The notes beneath the pieces were generated by a model, which saw only the letters and a program-made list of their open reading frames with translations, was not told the origin of the DNA and searched no databases. Below are positions 8,108 to 16,252 of a stretch of 34,429 nucleotides of DNA, piece by piece. Where the stretch lies: NCBI GenBank assembly GCA_025935595.1, contig JAICUZ010000001.1, positions 1 to 34,429 on the forward strand, in the 5' to 3' direction. The stretch comes from Burkholderiales bacterium. Lineage in GTDB: Bacteria; Actinomycetota; Thermoleophilia; Gaiellales; Gaiellaceae. Position 1 is the stretch's first letter; every line of letters begins with the position of its first letter. The position numbers and the translations under genes are program-made.

Positions 8108-8758
8108 ATGAGCGTCGGCGCGGTTGTCTTCGACCTCGACGGCGTGATCGTCGACTCGGAGCAGGTCTGGGACGAGGTGCGCGAGGCCTACGTGCACGAG
8201 ACCGGCGGCACCTACAGCGCCGACTCGGCGCGCGACATGATGGGGATGAGCTCGCCGGAATGGTCGCGCTACATGGCGGAGACGCTGCAGGTTCCTGGGA
8301 CGCCGGAGGAGATCAATACGGCGATCGTCGAGCGAATGCTCGCGCGGTACGGTGAGGCGCCACCGCTCCTGCCCGGCGCGGTGGAGGCAGTGCGCCGGAT
8401 CGGCGCGTGGGTGCCACTCGCGATCGCCTCGTCGTCGAACCGCGAGCTGATCGACGTCGTCCTGCATGCGTCGGGCCTCGCGGGCGACTTCGCGGCGACG
8501 GTGTCGTCGGAAGAGGTGCCGCGCGGCAAGCCGTTCCCGGACGTGTACCTGGAGGCTGCACGGCGGCTGGGCGCCGACGCGTCTCGTTGTGGAGCCGTGG
8601 AGGACTCACACAACGGCATCCGCTCGGCGAAGGCAGCGGGCATGCGCGTCGTTGCCGTCCCCAATCCGCACTATCCGCCCGACGACGAGGCGCTCGCGCT
8701 CGCCGACGTCGTCGTTCCGTCGATCGGCGAGCTACAGGTCGAGCACTTCGCCGTCTAG
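8108..8758 (+). CDS. HAD-superfamily hydrolase, subfamily IA (beta-phosphoglucomutase/phosphatase-like)
   Basis: Motif I is VVFDLDGVIVDSE. Motif II is the S/T in IASSS. Motifs III/IV are K in GKPFPDVY and VEDSHNGIRSAKAAGM. Confidence 0.85.
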   Translation: MSVGAVVFDLDGVIVDSEQVWDEVREAYVHETGGTYSADSARDMMGMSSPEWSRYMAETLQVPGTPEEINTAIVERMLARYGEAPPLLPGAVEAVRRIGAWVPLAIASSSNRELIDVVLHASGLAGDFAATVSSEEVPRGKPFPDVYLEAARRLGADASRCGAVEDSHNGIRSAKAAGMRVVAVPNPHYPPDDEALALADVVVPSIGELQVEHFAV

Positions 8759-9394
8759 CGGCACGATCGCACCGGCGTAGGCCGAGCGCGGCTCGAGGCA
8801 GTGGTTGATCGCCTCGAGGTGCACGACGGCGACGGTGCCGTCGAGTTGAGCGACCTCGGCGGCCGTCATCACGATCGGATCACCCTCGAGGAAACGAGCA
8901 CCGCCGCCGTTCACGATCGTCGCGCGCGGCCGGTACCGCTCGCGCGCTTCGTGCACTTCGTCGCAGAGAATCGTGTCGCCGGCGATATAGACGTCGTCGA
9001 CCACCCAGCCGGACACCGGCCCCATCGCGCGGCCGATCTCGCCGGTGCCGTGGTGCCCGCGCGTCATCGGGATGCCCGGATGGTGCGTCGACACGTTCGT
9101 ATGGCCGCGGCTCCGCAGCTCGTCGGCGCTCTCGGGCTGCGTCAGGACCGGCAGGTCGAGCGGCACGAGGTCGTCGAAGTGGTCACGGTGAAGGTGCGTG
9201 ACGATGCACAGGTCGACGCCGTCGAGCACCGCCTCGGCGGGCATCGGCAGCTCGACGAGCGGGTTCGGCTTCGGGTTCGGCGTGTTCTCGATCGGTGGGC
9301 TCGTCCCGGCTGCACGGAGCATCGGGTCGACGAGGATCCGGCCGTGACTCGAATCGAGCAGCAGCGTCGCGTTGCGGACGAGCTGGACCTTCAC
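8732..9394 (-). CDS. MBL-fold metallo-hydrolase
   Basis: The start is set at GTG 9394, which overlaps the fabF stop (GTGA). The metal motif THLHRDH (HxHxDH) is intact. The upstream part of the 279-aa track ORF is Arg-rich and overlaps fabF. Confidence 0.75.
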   Translation of the reverse strand: MKVQLVRNATLLLDSSHGRILVDPMLRAAGTSPPIENTPNPKPNPLVELPMPAEAVLDGVDLCIVTHLHRDHFDDLVPLDLPVLTQPESADELRSRGHTNVSTHHPGIPMTRGHHGTGEIGRAMGPVSGWVVDDVYIAGDTILCDEVHEARERYRPRATIVNGGGARFLEGDPIVMTAAEVAQLDGTVAVVHLEAINHCLEPRSAYAGAIVPLDGEVLDL

Positions 9395-10617
9395 GCGCGC
9401 CCGAGCAGCACGCAGCCGTTGTGCCCGCCGAGCCCCATCGCGTTCGAGAGCGCCACCTCGACCTGCGCCTCGCGTGCGGTGTTCGGCACGTAGTCGAGAT
9501 CGCATTCCGGATCCGGGTCGCGGTAGTTGATCGTCGGCGGCAGCGTTCCGTCGTGGAGGGCAAGCGCGCACATGATCGCCTCGATTGCGCCCGCTGCTCC
9601 GAACGTGTGCCCCATCATCGACTTCGTCGACGAGACGGCGAGCTTGTAGGCGTGGTCGCCGAAGACGTCCTTGATCGCCCTCGTCTCGGCCGCGTCACCG
9701 AGCGGCGTGGAGGTGCCGTGCGCGTTGATGTAGCCGACGCGTTCCGGATCCACGTTCGCTCGCTCGAGTGCGCCGCGCATCATCGCCGCGACGCCTGTCG
9801 CCTCGGGCTCGGGCTGCGCCATGTGGTGCGCGTCGTTCGATGCGCCGTAGCCGAGCACCTCGGCGTAGATCTCCGCGCCGCGCCCCGCGGCGCGATCCCA
9901 GTCCTCGAGGAGAAGCGCTCCCGCGCCCTCCGACATGACAAAGCCCGCACGCGTCGCGTCGAACGGACGCGAGGCGTGCGGCGGGTGCTCGTCCTCGGCG
10001 GCGAGGCCGCGCATCGCGGTGAAGCCGGCGAGGATCAGCGGGACGATGCAGGACTCGGTGCCGCCGGCGAGCACCGCGTCCGCGGCGCCGCGCTTGATCA
10101 TCTCGGCCGCTTCGCCGACCGCGTGCGATCCGGTCGCGCACGCCGAGACGACGGCGTAGTTGGGGCCGGTGATCCCGAGCGAGATCGCGAGCTGGCCGGA
10201 GATCGAGTCGACGAGGACGTTGGGCAAGAAGTTCGGCGAGACGCGGTCCGGCCCGCGCTCGCGCAGGATGTCGTACTGCTCGAGGACGCCGGGAACTCCA
10301 CCGATCGCGGAGCCGAAGATGATCCCGATGCGCGCCGGGTCGAAGCCGTTGAGGTTCGCGTCGTCGAGCGCCTCGCGTCCGGCGGCGACACCGAGCAGGA
10401 CGTTGCGCTCGAGCTTGCGCGCTTCCTTCGGCGAGACCACGGTCGTCGGGTCGAATCCCTTCACCTCGCCGGCGACACGAACCGGCAGTCCGTCGGTGTC
10501 GAACGTGCTGATCCAGCCGATTCCGCTCTCGCCCGCGCACGCCGCGCGCCACGTCTCCTTGGCGTCGAGGCCGAGCGGCGACACGGCCCCGACTCCGGTG
10601 ATCGCGACTCGCTTCAC
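9391..10617 (-). CDS. fabF: beta-ketoacyl-ACP synthase II (KAS II)
   Basis: MKRVAITGVGAVSPLG...; active-site Cys in SACATGSHAVG; His in NAHGTSTPLGD; KSMMGHTFGAAG; C-terminal SNAMGLGGHNG. Confidence 0.9.
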   Translation of the reverse strand: MKRVAITGVGAVSPLGLDAKETWRAACAGESGIGWISTFDTDGLPVRVAGEVKGFDPTTVVSPKEARKLERNVLLGVAAGREALDDANLNGFDPARIGIIFGSAIGGVPGVLEQYDILRERGPDRVSPNFLPNVLVDSISGQLAISLGITGPNYAVVSACATGSHAVGEAAEMIKRGAADAVLAGGTESCIVPLILAGFTAMRGLAAEDEHPPHASRPFDATRAGFVMSEGAGALLLEDWDRAAGRGAEIYAEVLGYGASNDAHHMAQPEPEATGVAAMMRGALERANVDPERVGYINAHGTSTPLGDAAETRAIKDVFGDHAYKLAVSSTKSMMGHTFGAAGAIEAIMCALALHDGTLPPTINYRDPDPECDLDYVPNTAREAQVEVALSNAMGLGGHNGCVLLGRA

Positions 10618-10646
10618 GCGGGCAACGTTACCCGTGGGGTGCGCCC

Positions 10647-11447
10647 TTGACGGCGGTCGTCGGAGCGCGAGATCGTTCCCTCACGATGAACCTTCCGGCC
10701 TTCCTCTGTCCTGCCCCGATCGCCGAGCGCAGGCCGGTCGACCCGGCCTCGGAGGCCGGCCGGTACGTCCGCACGTTCTTGATCCAGCGGATGATCATCG
10801 GCGTGCTGGGACTGACGCTGCCGGCGATGCTCGTCTTCGGCGACCACTACGTCCTGCACGGCGTGTTTGCGAACGACCCATTCCCGCGGGACTCCGAGAG
10901 CGCCTACTACTGGTCGGGGATGCGCGACTGGTTCGTGCTCACGGTCGCCACGACCGGGTTCTTCATGATTGCCTACAAGATCACCGAGAAGAACCTCGAC
11001 AACACGATCAGCATCCTCGGTGGTGTCGCGGCGATCGTCATCCCGCTCTTCCCGACCGCGCGCACCGGCGCGGAGGTCGCGCAGGGCGTCCCCGAGACGC
11101 CGGTGCAGAAGACGTTCGGAGGGGAGAAGGCCGTCCAGCACGTCCACTTCGCGGCGGCGGCTGTCTTCATCCTCGCGCTCGCCGGCGTGATCATCCTCTT
11201 CGGTCTCCGCGAGAGCGGCCGCCTCCCGCACGGGAGCAGATGGTCGCCGCGGTTCTGGCGCGACTACCACTTCACCTGCGCCGGTGTGGTCCTGGTCGCG
11301 TTCGTCTGGATCGTCGTCACCAATCACACCGGCAAGCCGCATTGGGCACTGCTCGCCGGCGAGACGGCGTGCGCGCTCGCGTTCGGGGCGTCGTGGTTCA
11401 TGAAAGGCTTCGAGATCGAGTACGTCCTCGGGCGGAACCGGCTGTGA
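10647..11447 (+). CDS. integral membrane protein of unknown function (about 6 TM)
   Basis: Repeated hydrophobic helices (IIGVLGLTLPAMLVF, WFVLTVATTGFFMIAY, LGGVAAIVIPLF, AAAVFILALAGVIILF, CAGVVLVAFVWIVV, ALAFGASWF). The start is uncertain: TTG 10647 from the track, or ATG 10686. Confidence 0.55.
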   Translation: MTAVVGARDRSLTMNLPAFLCPAPIAERRPVDPASEAGRYVRTFLIQRMIIGVLGLTLPAMLVFGDHYVLHGVFANDPFPRDSESAYYWSGMRDWFVLTVATTGFFMIAYKITEKNLDNTISILGGVAAIVIPLFPTARTGAEVAQGVPETPVQKTFGGEKAVQHVHFAAAAVFILALAGVIILFGLRESGRLPHGSRWSPRFWRDYHFTCAGVVLVAFVWIVVTNHTGKPHWALLAGETACALAFGASWFMKGFEIEYVLGRNRL

Positions 11448-11571
11448 TGGGATGAGGAAGAGTTGAAGGGCGGAACCCTCTAGGCAGATCGATGGTCTTC
11501 GAGCGGTTGACATGGGTCAGGCGACGCGCGATGCTCGGCCAGCGGCCTGGTTGTCTCGGGGAAGGGGAGCG

Positions 11572-12102
11572 ATGCAACGCGAGTGGGTTAGGTCGTTCGT
11601 GGCTGTTGCCGCCGCTAGTGCGCTCGTTGGCGCTGTGGCTTTCGCGAATCCGGCTTCAGCCAAGTCCCCTGTTCCACCCCTCGATGGGGTCATGGTGGTC
11701 ACGGGCCTCGGTAGTTCGTGCCCGGGCTTCGCGCCGTTCTTCCCTGGCGATTCGGTCGCCGACGACGGCACGGTCTGGTTCGGCAGCAGCGAGGTCACGT
11801 TTGACCCGGGTGAGTATCTCTGGTTTGGGTCGGTGAATTCGAACCCCGCAGGCGTGCTGAGAACAAACGGGACGGGCGTGCCTCCCGGCTATCCGGGATG
11901 GATGCCGACCAGCGATCACACGTACAAAGTGAGTGGCCACATCACAGGTCAAAGTGAGTTCAACATCTTTGACTTCGCTCGTCTGACGGTGACTCGCGAT
12001 GACGGCGCAAGGGTTGCCGGCGACGTACAGATTCAGGTCGAGATGAATCACGGAGTACTGGTGACGGGCTGGACTTCGCAGCCATCTTGTCGGCTTCGCT
12101 GA
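11572..12102 (+). CDS. small secreted protein of unknown function
   Basis: GGGGAG lies 3-8 nt before ATG 11572. The signal peptide is MQREWVRSFVAVAAASALVGAVAFANPASA. The gene has visibly lower G+C than the rest of the window, and I recognise no motif. Confidence 0.55.
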   Translation: MQREWVRSFVAVAAASALVGAVAFANPASAKSPVPPLDGVMVVTGLGSSCPGFAPFFPGDSVADDGTVWFGSSEVTFDPGEYLWFGSVNSNPAGVLRTNGTGVPPGYPGWMPTSDHTYKVSGHITGQSEFNIFDFARLTVTRDDGARVAGDVQIQVEMNHGVLVTGWTSQPSCRLR

Positions 12103-12235
12103 ATCGCCGACAACGTTTCGTCTGTCGCGTAAACGGAGGAGGGGCGGTCTAACTGTCGTCCTCTCTGCTTGGATGGAAAACGTGGCCAAGTCGTCTAAAA
12201 CCGAGTATTTGCATGGAGTCATTCCCTTTCCGCCG

Positions 12236-13216
12236 ATGGAGGCCGAGCTCGTCCGCGAGCTGCCCGAGGCAGACGGGTGGCAGTACGAGCCGAAATGGGA
12301 CGGCTTTCGCGGCGTGCTCGAGAACGTGGGTGGCGAGCTCGCGCTCTGGTCGCGGAACGAACGTCCGCTGCTCCGCTACTTCCCGGAGCTGCGCCCGCTG
12401 GGCGACCTGCTGCCGCCGTCGTCGGCGCTCGACGGCGAGATCGTGATCGCGCGCGACGGGGCGCTCGACTTCGACGCGATGCAGATGCGGCTGCACCCGG
12501 CCGAGTCGCGCATCCGGCGGTTGTCCGCGGAGATCCCGGCCGAGTATGTGGCGTTCGACATGCTCATGTGGGACGGCGAGCCTGAGTGGAAGCTTCCGCT
12601 CGACGAGCGGCGCGCCCGCGTCGAGGCGTTGACCGCTGGCGGATTCCGCGTGTCGCCGGCGACCCGTTCGATCGACGACGCGCGAGGCTGGCTCGAGCGG
12701 TTCGAGGCGCTCGGTTTGGACGGCGTCGTCGCGAAGCGCCTCGGTGTTCCGTACCTGCCGGGCTCGCGCGAGGGCATGGTGAAGGTGAAGGAGCACAAGT
12801 CGGCGGACTGCGTCGTCGTCGGGATCCGTTGGAAGGGCGAACGCGCGGCGATCGCGACGCTGCTGCTCGGGCTCTATCGCGACGACGGTGGGCTGGACTA
12901 CGTCGGCTCGGCAGCCGTCGCGGCGAAGACACGTGACGACGTCGCGAAGCGCGTGCTGCCGCTCTTGGACGAGACGTCGGACCGGCGGTTCTCCGAGCCG
13001 AACCGCTGGGGGACGGGGGAGCTCGAAGAGGCGGCGGTGAAGCCGGAGCTCGTCGTCGAGGTGCGGTACGACAAGGTGCAGGGCAGTCGCTTCCGCCACG
13101 GCACGAAGCTGCTGCGGTGGCGGGAGGACAAGGAGCCGAAGGACTGCACGTGGCGGGAGCTACGCCCGCCGCGCGACCCGAACGCGCCCGGCGTCGAGTC
13201 GCTGTTCGCGGGTTAG
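12236..13216 (+). CDS. ATP-dependent DNA ligase, stand-alone ligase domain (LigC/LigD-LIG type)
   Basis: Motif I with the adenylation lysine is YEPKWDGFRG, followed by LDGEIV, MWDG, LDGVVAKR, MVKVK and the OB-fold tail. ATG 12236 (MEAELVRELPEADGW) is preferred to the track start 12173 because the 5' extension is AT-rich and does not look coding. Confidence 0.85.
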   Translation: MEAELVRELPEADGWQYEPKWDGFRGVLENVGGELALWSRNERPLLRYFPELRPLGDLLPPSSALDGEIVIARDGALDFDAMQMRLHPAESRIRRLSAEIPAEYVAFDMLMWDGEPEWKLPLDERRARVEALTAGGFRVSPATRSIDDARGWLERFEALGLDGVVAKRLGVPYLPGSREGMVKVKEHKSADCVVVGIRWKGERAAIATLLLGLYRDDGGLDYVGSAAVAAKTRDDVAKRVLPLLDETSDRRFSEPNRWGTGELEEAAVKPELVVEVRYDKVQGSRFRHGTKLLRWREDKEPKDCTWRELRPPRDPNAPGVESLFAG

Positions 13217-13452
13217 CGGAGGTCGTCGTCGGAGAAGAGCTCCTCGACGGTCGCGCCGAGCCGACCGGCGATCGCAAGTGCGAGGGAGACCGATGGGCGC
13301 GACCTACCCGACTCGATGGAAGCGATCGTCGCCCGCGACGCACGAACGGCGGTCGCGAGCTCCTGCTGGGTAAGTCCTTCGCGGAAGCGAAAGCTCCGGA
13401 CGAGCGTCCAATCGAAGCTGCGAACCGTGTGCGGCTTGGGACGAAGAGCCAC
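13213..13452 (-). CDS. XRE-family helix-turn-helix transcriptional regulator (short)
   Basis: REGLTQQELATAVRASRATIASIESGRSRPSVSLALAIAGRLG is a classic Cro/C1 HTH. The start is uncertain: GTG 13452 gives 79 aa, while the track start 13560 gives 115 aa. Confidence 0.7.
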   Translation of the reverse strand: MALRPKPHTVRSFDWTLVRSFRFREGLTQQELATAVRASRATIASIESGRSRPSVSLALAIAGRLGATVEELFSDDDLR

Positions 13453-13609
13453 CAAACCGACGTGGATACCGATCGGGTCGACTGTCACGCAAGGACGTTC
13501 GCTTGCGTTCCTGCAGCGCGCAAGTGTCCGTTTCGGCCCAGGCTCGGATGCGAAGCGCACCAGACGGTGCCTGGCACCAGACGTGGCCCGGAGCGCCTCG
13601 TCCGCGCAG

Positions 13610-14854
13610 CTACCTGACCGTCACGATCGCGCTGTAGGTGTGCTCGCCTGGGATCCACAGGCGGTAGCGCGCGCCTGGGGCCGCATTGACCACGCGCTTC
13701 AGATAGCCCCGCGCGGTCGTACGCCGGTCCGGTCCGACCCGGACCCACTTCCCCGCGTCGAACCGAAGCAGGCGGTACGTCGCAACGCCGCCCGGACGGA
13801 CTTGGCCCCACAACGTCGTCCTCCGACCGAGTCGTGACTGCTGCGTGAACGGGAAGCGCAGCGCCTGCAGCGCCGGCTTCGCACGGCCCGTCGCGCTGTA
13901 GACACCGCTCTGCCACCGCGCCGGGTCCGGCTCGTCCTTCAGCAGGTAGTGGATGAGCACATCGACCCGCGGCGCGTCGTACGCACACAGCGCGGCCTCG
14001 CTCGCGTACTTCGCCTGCGTCGCGTACGACACGCCGAGCAGCTTGTCGGGCGGGTTCGTCTGGTAGCCGTACTCCGTCAGCCAGATGCGTGTGTGGACGC
14101 CGAACGCCTTCTGCACGTCACGAAGCAGCCGGGGAAGCGTGGCCATCGTGATCGTCTCGCAGTGGTCGCAGCCGCCGCTCATCGGCGTCTCCCCTCGGCG
14201 CAGCGGATACGGGTTGTGTGCGTACGCGTCGAGTCGTGCGTGCGCCGCTGCCATTCCCGCGATCCAGTCGACCGGGGAGACGCCCCCCGTCGACCCGCGC
14301 GGAGCGCTCACCCCGCCGGCGACCTGTGAGCTCGGGCTCGCCGAGTGGATCGCGGCGTACGCCGGGTTCAGCAACTTCTTGACGTAGGTCGCCGGCGTCG
14401 TCGGCCGCAGCCAGCGGCGCTGGTTCGGCTCGTTCCACACCGTCCACATGTGCACGTACGGGTAGCGTTTCGCGACGTTTCGCGCGAAGGCGGCGAAGCT
14501 CGTCGTCGACACGGGCGCCCAGTTCTCCGCTCGCCCGCCGTTCGCCCATCCGGGGCTGCCGTAGAGTGTCACGAGCGGAGCGATGCCACGCGAGTGCAGC
14601 CCGTCGAGCAGGGCATCCGCACGCACCCAGTCGTACACGCCGGGGCGGGGCTCCGTCGCGCGCCAGTCGACCGTCACGCGCACGATGTCGACGCCGAGTG
14701 CGTCAAGTTGATCGAGACGGCCGTCGAGCGTCCCCGGCCCATATTCCAACCAGGCGTCGTCCTGCACCCCATACCGGATGTACGGGGATGCGTCGGCGAC
14801 CGCCGGTAGAGCAAGGAACGCGGCGAGAGCCGCGAGCACCACGATGCGCCGCAT
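13610..14854 (-). CDS. secreted clan GH-A glycoside hydrolase (GH5/cellulase-like) with C-terminal beta-sandwich-like domain
   Basis: The ATG at 14854 gives the signal peptide MRRIVVLAALAAFLALPAVADA. The acid/base motif is WTVWNEPN and the nucleophile motif is IWLTEYGY. The N-terminal 180 aa of the track ORF are an Arg-rich artefact overlapping the next gene. Confidence 0.7.
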   Translation of the reverse strand: MRRIVVLAALAAFLALPAVADASPYIRYGVQDDAWLEYGPGTLDGRLDQLDALGVDIVRVTVDWRATEPRPGVYDWVRADALLDGLHSRGIAPLVTLYGSPGWANGGRAENWAPVSTTSFAAFARNVAKRYPYVHMWTVWNEPNQRRWLRPTTPATYVKKLLNPAYAAIHSASPSSQVAGGVSAPRGSTGGVSPVDWIAGMAAAHARLDAYAHNPYPLRRGETPMSGGCDHCETITMATLPRLLRDVQKAFGVHTRIWLTEYGYQTNPPDKLLGVSYATQAKYASEAALCAYDAPRVDVLIHYLLKDEPDPARWQSGVYSATGRAKPALQALRFPFTQQSRLGRRTTLWGQVRPGGVATYRLLRFDAGKWVRVGPDRRTTARGYLKRVVNAAPGARYRLWIPGEHTYSAIVTVR

Positions 14855-14898
14855 GGGGCCACCGTACGGAGCGCAGTTGAGAGCGGTGTTAGGGGGAG

Positions 14899-15786
14899 TT
14901 ACGAATCCGATGGAGGCTCGACGTCGAGCTGGGCGAACCGGCGGCGGAGAGACGGCGGGTTCCGCCACATGCCGCGCATCGGATCGCCGACGTCTGCGAT
15001 CCGCGCCGCCATCGTCTCGAGCGTGAAGGCCCCGGGCTCGACTGCGGCGACTTCGTCCCAGAGGAGCGGTGCCGAGACGCGCGCGTCCGGGGTCGGACGC
15101 ACCGAGTACGCGGATGCGATCGTGCGGTCGCGCGCGTTCTGGCCGAAGTCGACGAACACACCGACGCGGTCCGCGACACGCCACGTCGTCGTCGCGATCG
15201 CCTGGTCGTCGATGCGCCGTTCGACCTCCATCGCGACGGCCTTGGCGAACCGGCGCACATCGGGGAAGAGCAGCTCCGGCTTGATCGGCGCGAGGATGTG
15301 CAGCCCCGTCGCGCCTGACGTCTTCGGATACGAGCGGAGCCCGAGCTCGTCCATTACCTCGTGCACGACGAGCGCGATCTCGCGCACGAACGACCACTGC
15401 CCGTCGGACGTCGGGTCGAGGTCGATCAGCAGGTAGTCAGGCCGCTCGATGTCCGGCACGCGCGAGTGCCACGTGTGCAACTCGATGCAGCCGAGGTTCG
15501 CGACCCACGCAAGCGCCTCGGCGTTGTCGACGATTGCGAACACGGTCGAGTGCCCGCTCGGGAACTGGACGAACACCTCGTCGACGAAGTCGGGATGCCT
15601 CGCAGGCACGCGCTTCTGGTGGAAGAACTCGCCTTCGACGCCGTCCGTGAATCGCTTCATGTGGAACGGCCGGCGGCGGAGATGGGGGAGAGCGAGCTCG
15701 GCGACGTCGACGTAGTAGGCGACGAGGTCGCCCTTGGTCAGGCCGCGCGCGGGGAAAAACGGCTTGTCGGGGTTCGTGACCTCCAT
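14899..15786 (-). CDS. LigD-type polymerase/primase (archaeo-eukaryotic primase fold), stand-alone
   Basis: From ATG 15786: MEVTNPDKPFFPARGLTKGDLVAYY...FFHQKR...YLLIDLDP...KTSGATGLHI...VFVDFGQNARDRTIASAYSVRP. These are the conserved LigD-POL/Prim-Pol motifs, including the DxD metal site and SGxxGxH. Confidence 0.85.
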   Translation of the reverse strand: MEVTNPDKPFFPARGLTKGDLVAYYVDVAELALPHLRRRPFHMKRFTDGVEGEFFHQKRVPARHPDFVDEVFVQFPSGHSTVFAIVDNAEALAWVANLGCIELHTWHSRVPDIERPDYLLIDLDPTSDGQWSFVREIALVVHEVMDELGLRSYPKTSGATGLHILAPIKPELLFPDVRRFAKAVAMEVERRIDDQAIATTTWRVADRVGVFVDFGQNARDRTIASAYSVRPTPDARVSAPLLWDEVAAVEPGAFTLETMAARIADVGDPMRGMWRNPPSLRRRFAQLDVEPPSDS

Positions 15787-15806
15787 GGTCGGAGTATCGT
15801 GGAGAC

Positions 15807-16100
15807 GTGTTGGAAGGCCATCCGATCGCGAACGCGACGCTCGATCCACTCGACGACTACCTCGTCGTCGAGCAGCTCGACGAGTCCGAGCTGCCCAGCG
15901 GGTTGATCGTCCCCGCGAACGAGGCGACTCACGTGCGCAGCGGCATCGTCGCCGCGATCGGCCCCGACGTGACGATCGTCGAGCCCGGGGACAAGGTGCT
16001 GTTCCCCCGCGACGCCGGCTTCGAGGTCCGCCTCGCGCGTTCGTCACATCGCGTCCGCGTGCTCAAGCGCGAAGAAGTTATCGCCAGAATCCTCGACTAG
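15807..16100 (+). CDS. Cpn10/GroES-family co-chaperonin paralog (divergent)
   Basis: LDPLDDYLVVEQLDESELPSGLIVPANEA...SGIVAAIGPD...EPGDKVLF...VLKREEVIARI aligns by eye to the GroES pattern (KPLxDRvLV, mobile loop GGIvLP, G.VvAvGpG, GD.V.f). There is no groEL next to it. Confidence 0.65.
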   Translation: MLEGHPIANATLDPLDDYLVVEQLDESELPSGLIVPANEATHVRSGIVAAIGPDVTIVEPGDKVLFPRDAGFEVRLARSSHRVRVLKREEVIARILD

Positions 16101-16122
16101 CGCGGCTACACTGCCCCCGCTC

Positions 16123-16211
16123 GGAGGGGTGGCAGAGCGGTCGAATGCGGCGGTCTCGAAAACCGTTATCCGTCGCAAGGCGGATCGAGGGTTCAAATCC
16201 CTCCCCCTCCG
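16123..16211 (+). tRNA. tRNA-Ser (anticodon CGA), class II, no encoded CCA
   Basis: Acceptor GGAGGGG/CCCCUCC, D stem GCA/UGC, anticodon stem GCGGU/ACCGU with loop CUCGAAA. Long variable arm UAUCCGUCGCAAGGCGGAUC. T arm GAGGG-UUCAAAU-CCCUC, discriminator G. Confidence 0.9.
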
Positions 16212-16219
16212 TTCGTTCG

Positions 16220-16250
16220 AGGTGTCTGACACCGACGGTGTCAGACACCT
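16220..16250. terminator. perfect 14-bp stem / 3-nt loop hairpin between the convergent tRNA-Ser and ABC-2 permease; probable bidirectional terminator
   Basis: AGGTGTCTGACACC-GAC-GGTGTCAGACACCT. It lies 8 nt after the tRNA 3' end and 2 nt before the permease stop codon. There is no long T-tract. Confidence 0.5.
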
Positions 16251-16252
16251 TC

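Noticed and set aside
9295-10650. A 451-aa plus-strand ORF and a 285-aa minus-strand ORF across fabF.
   Set aside because: They are antisense or alternative-frame shadows of an unmistakable KAS II gene.
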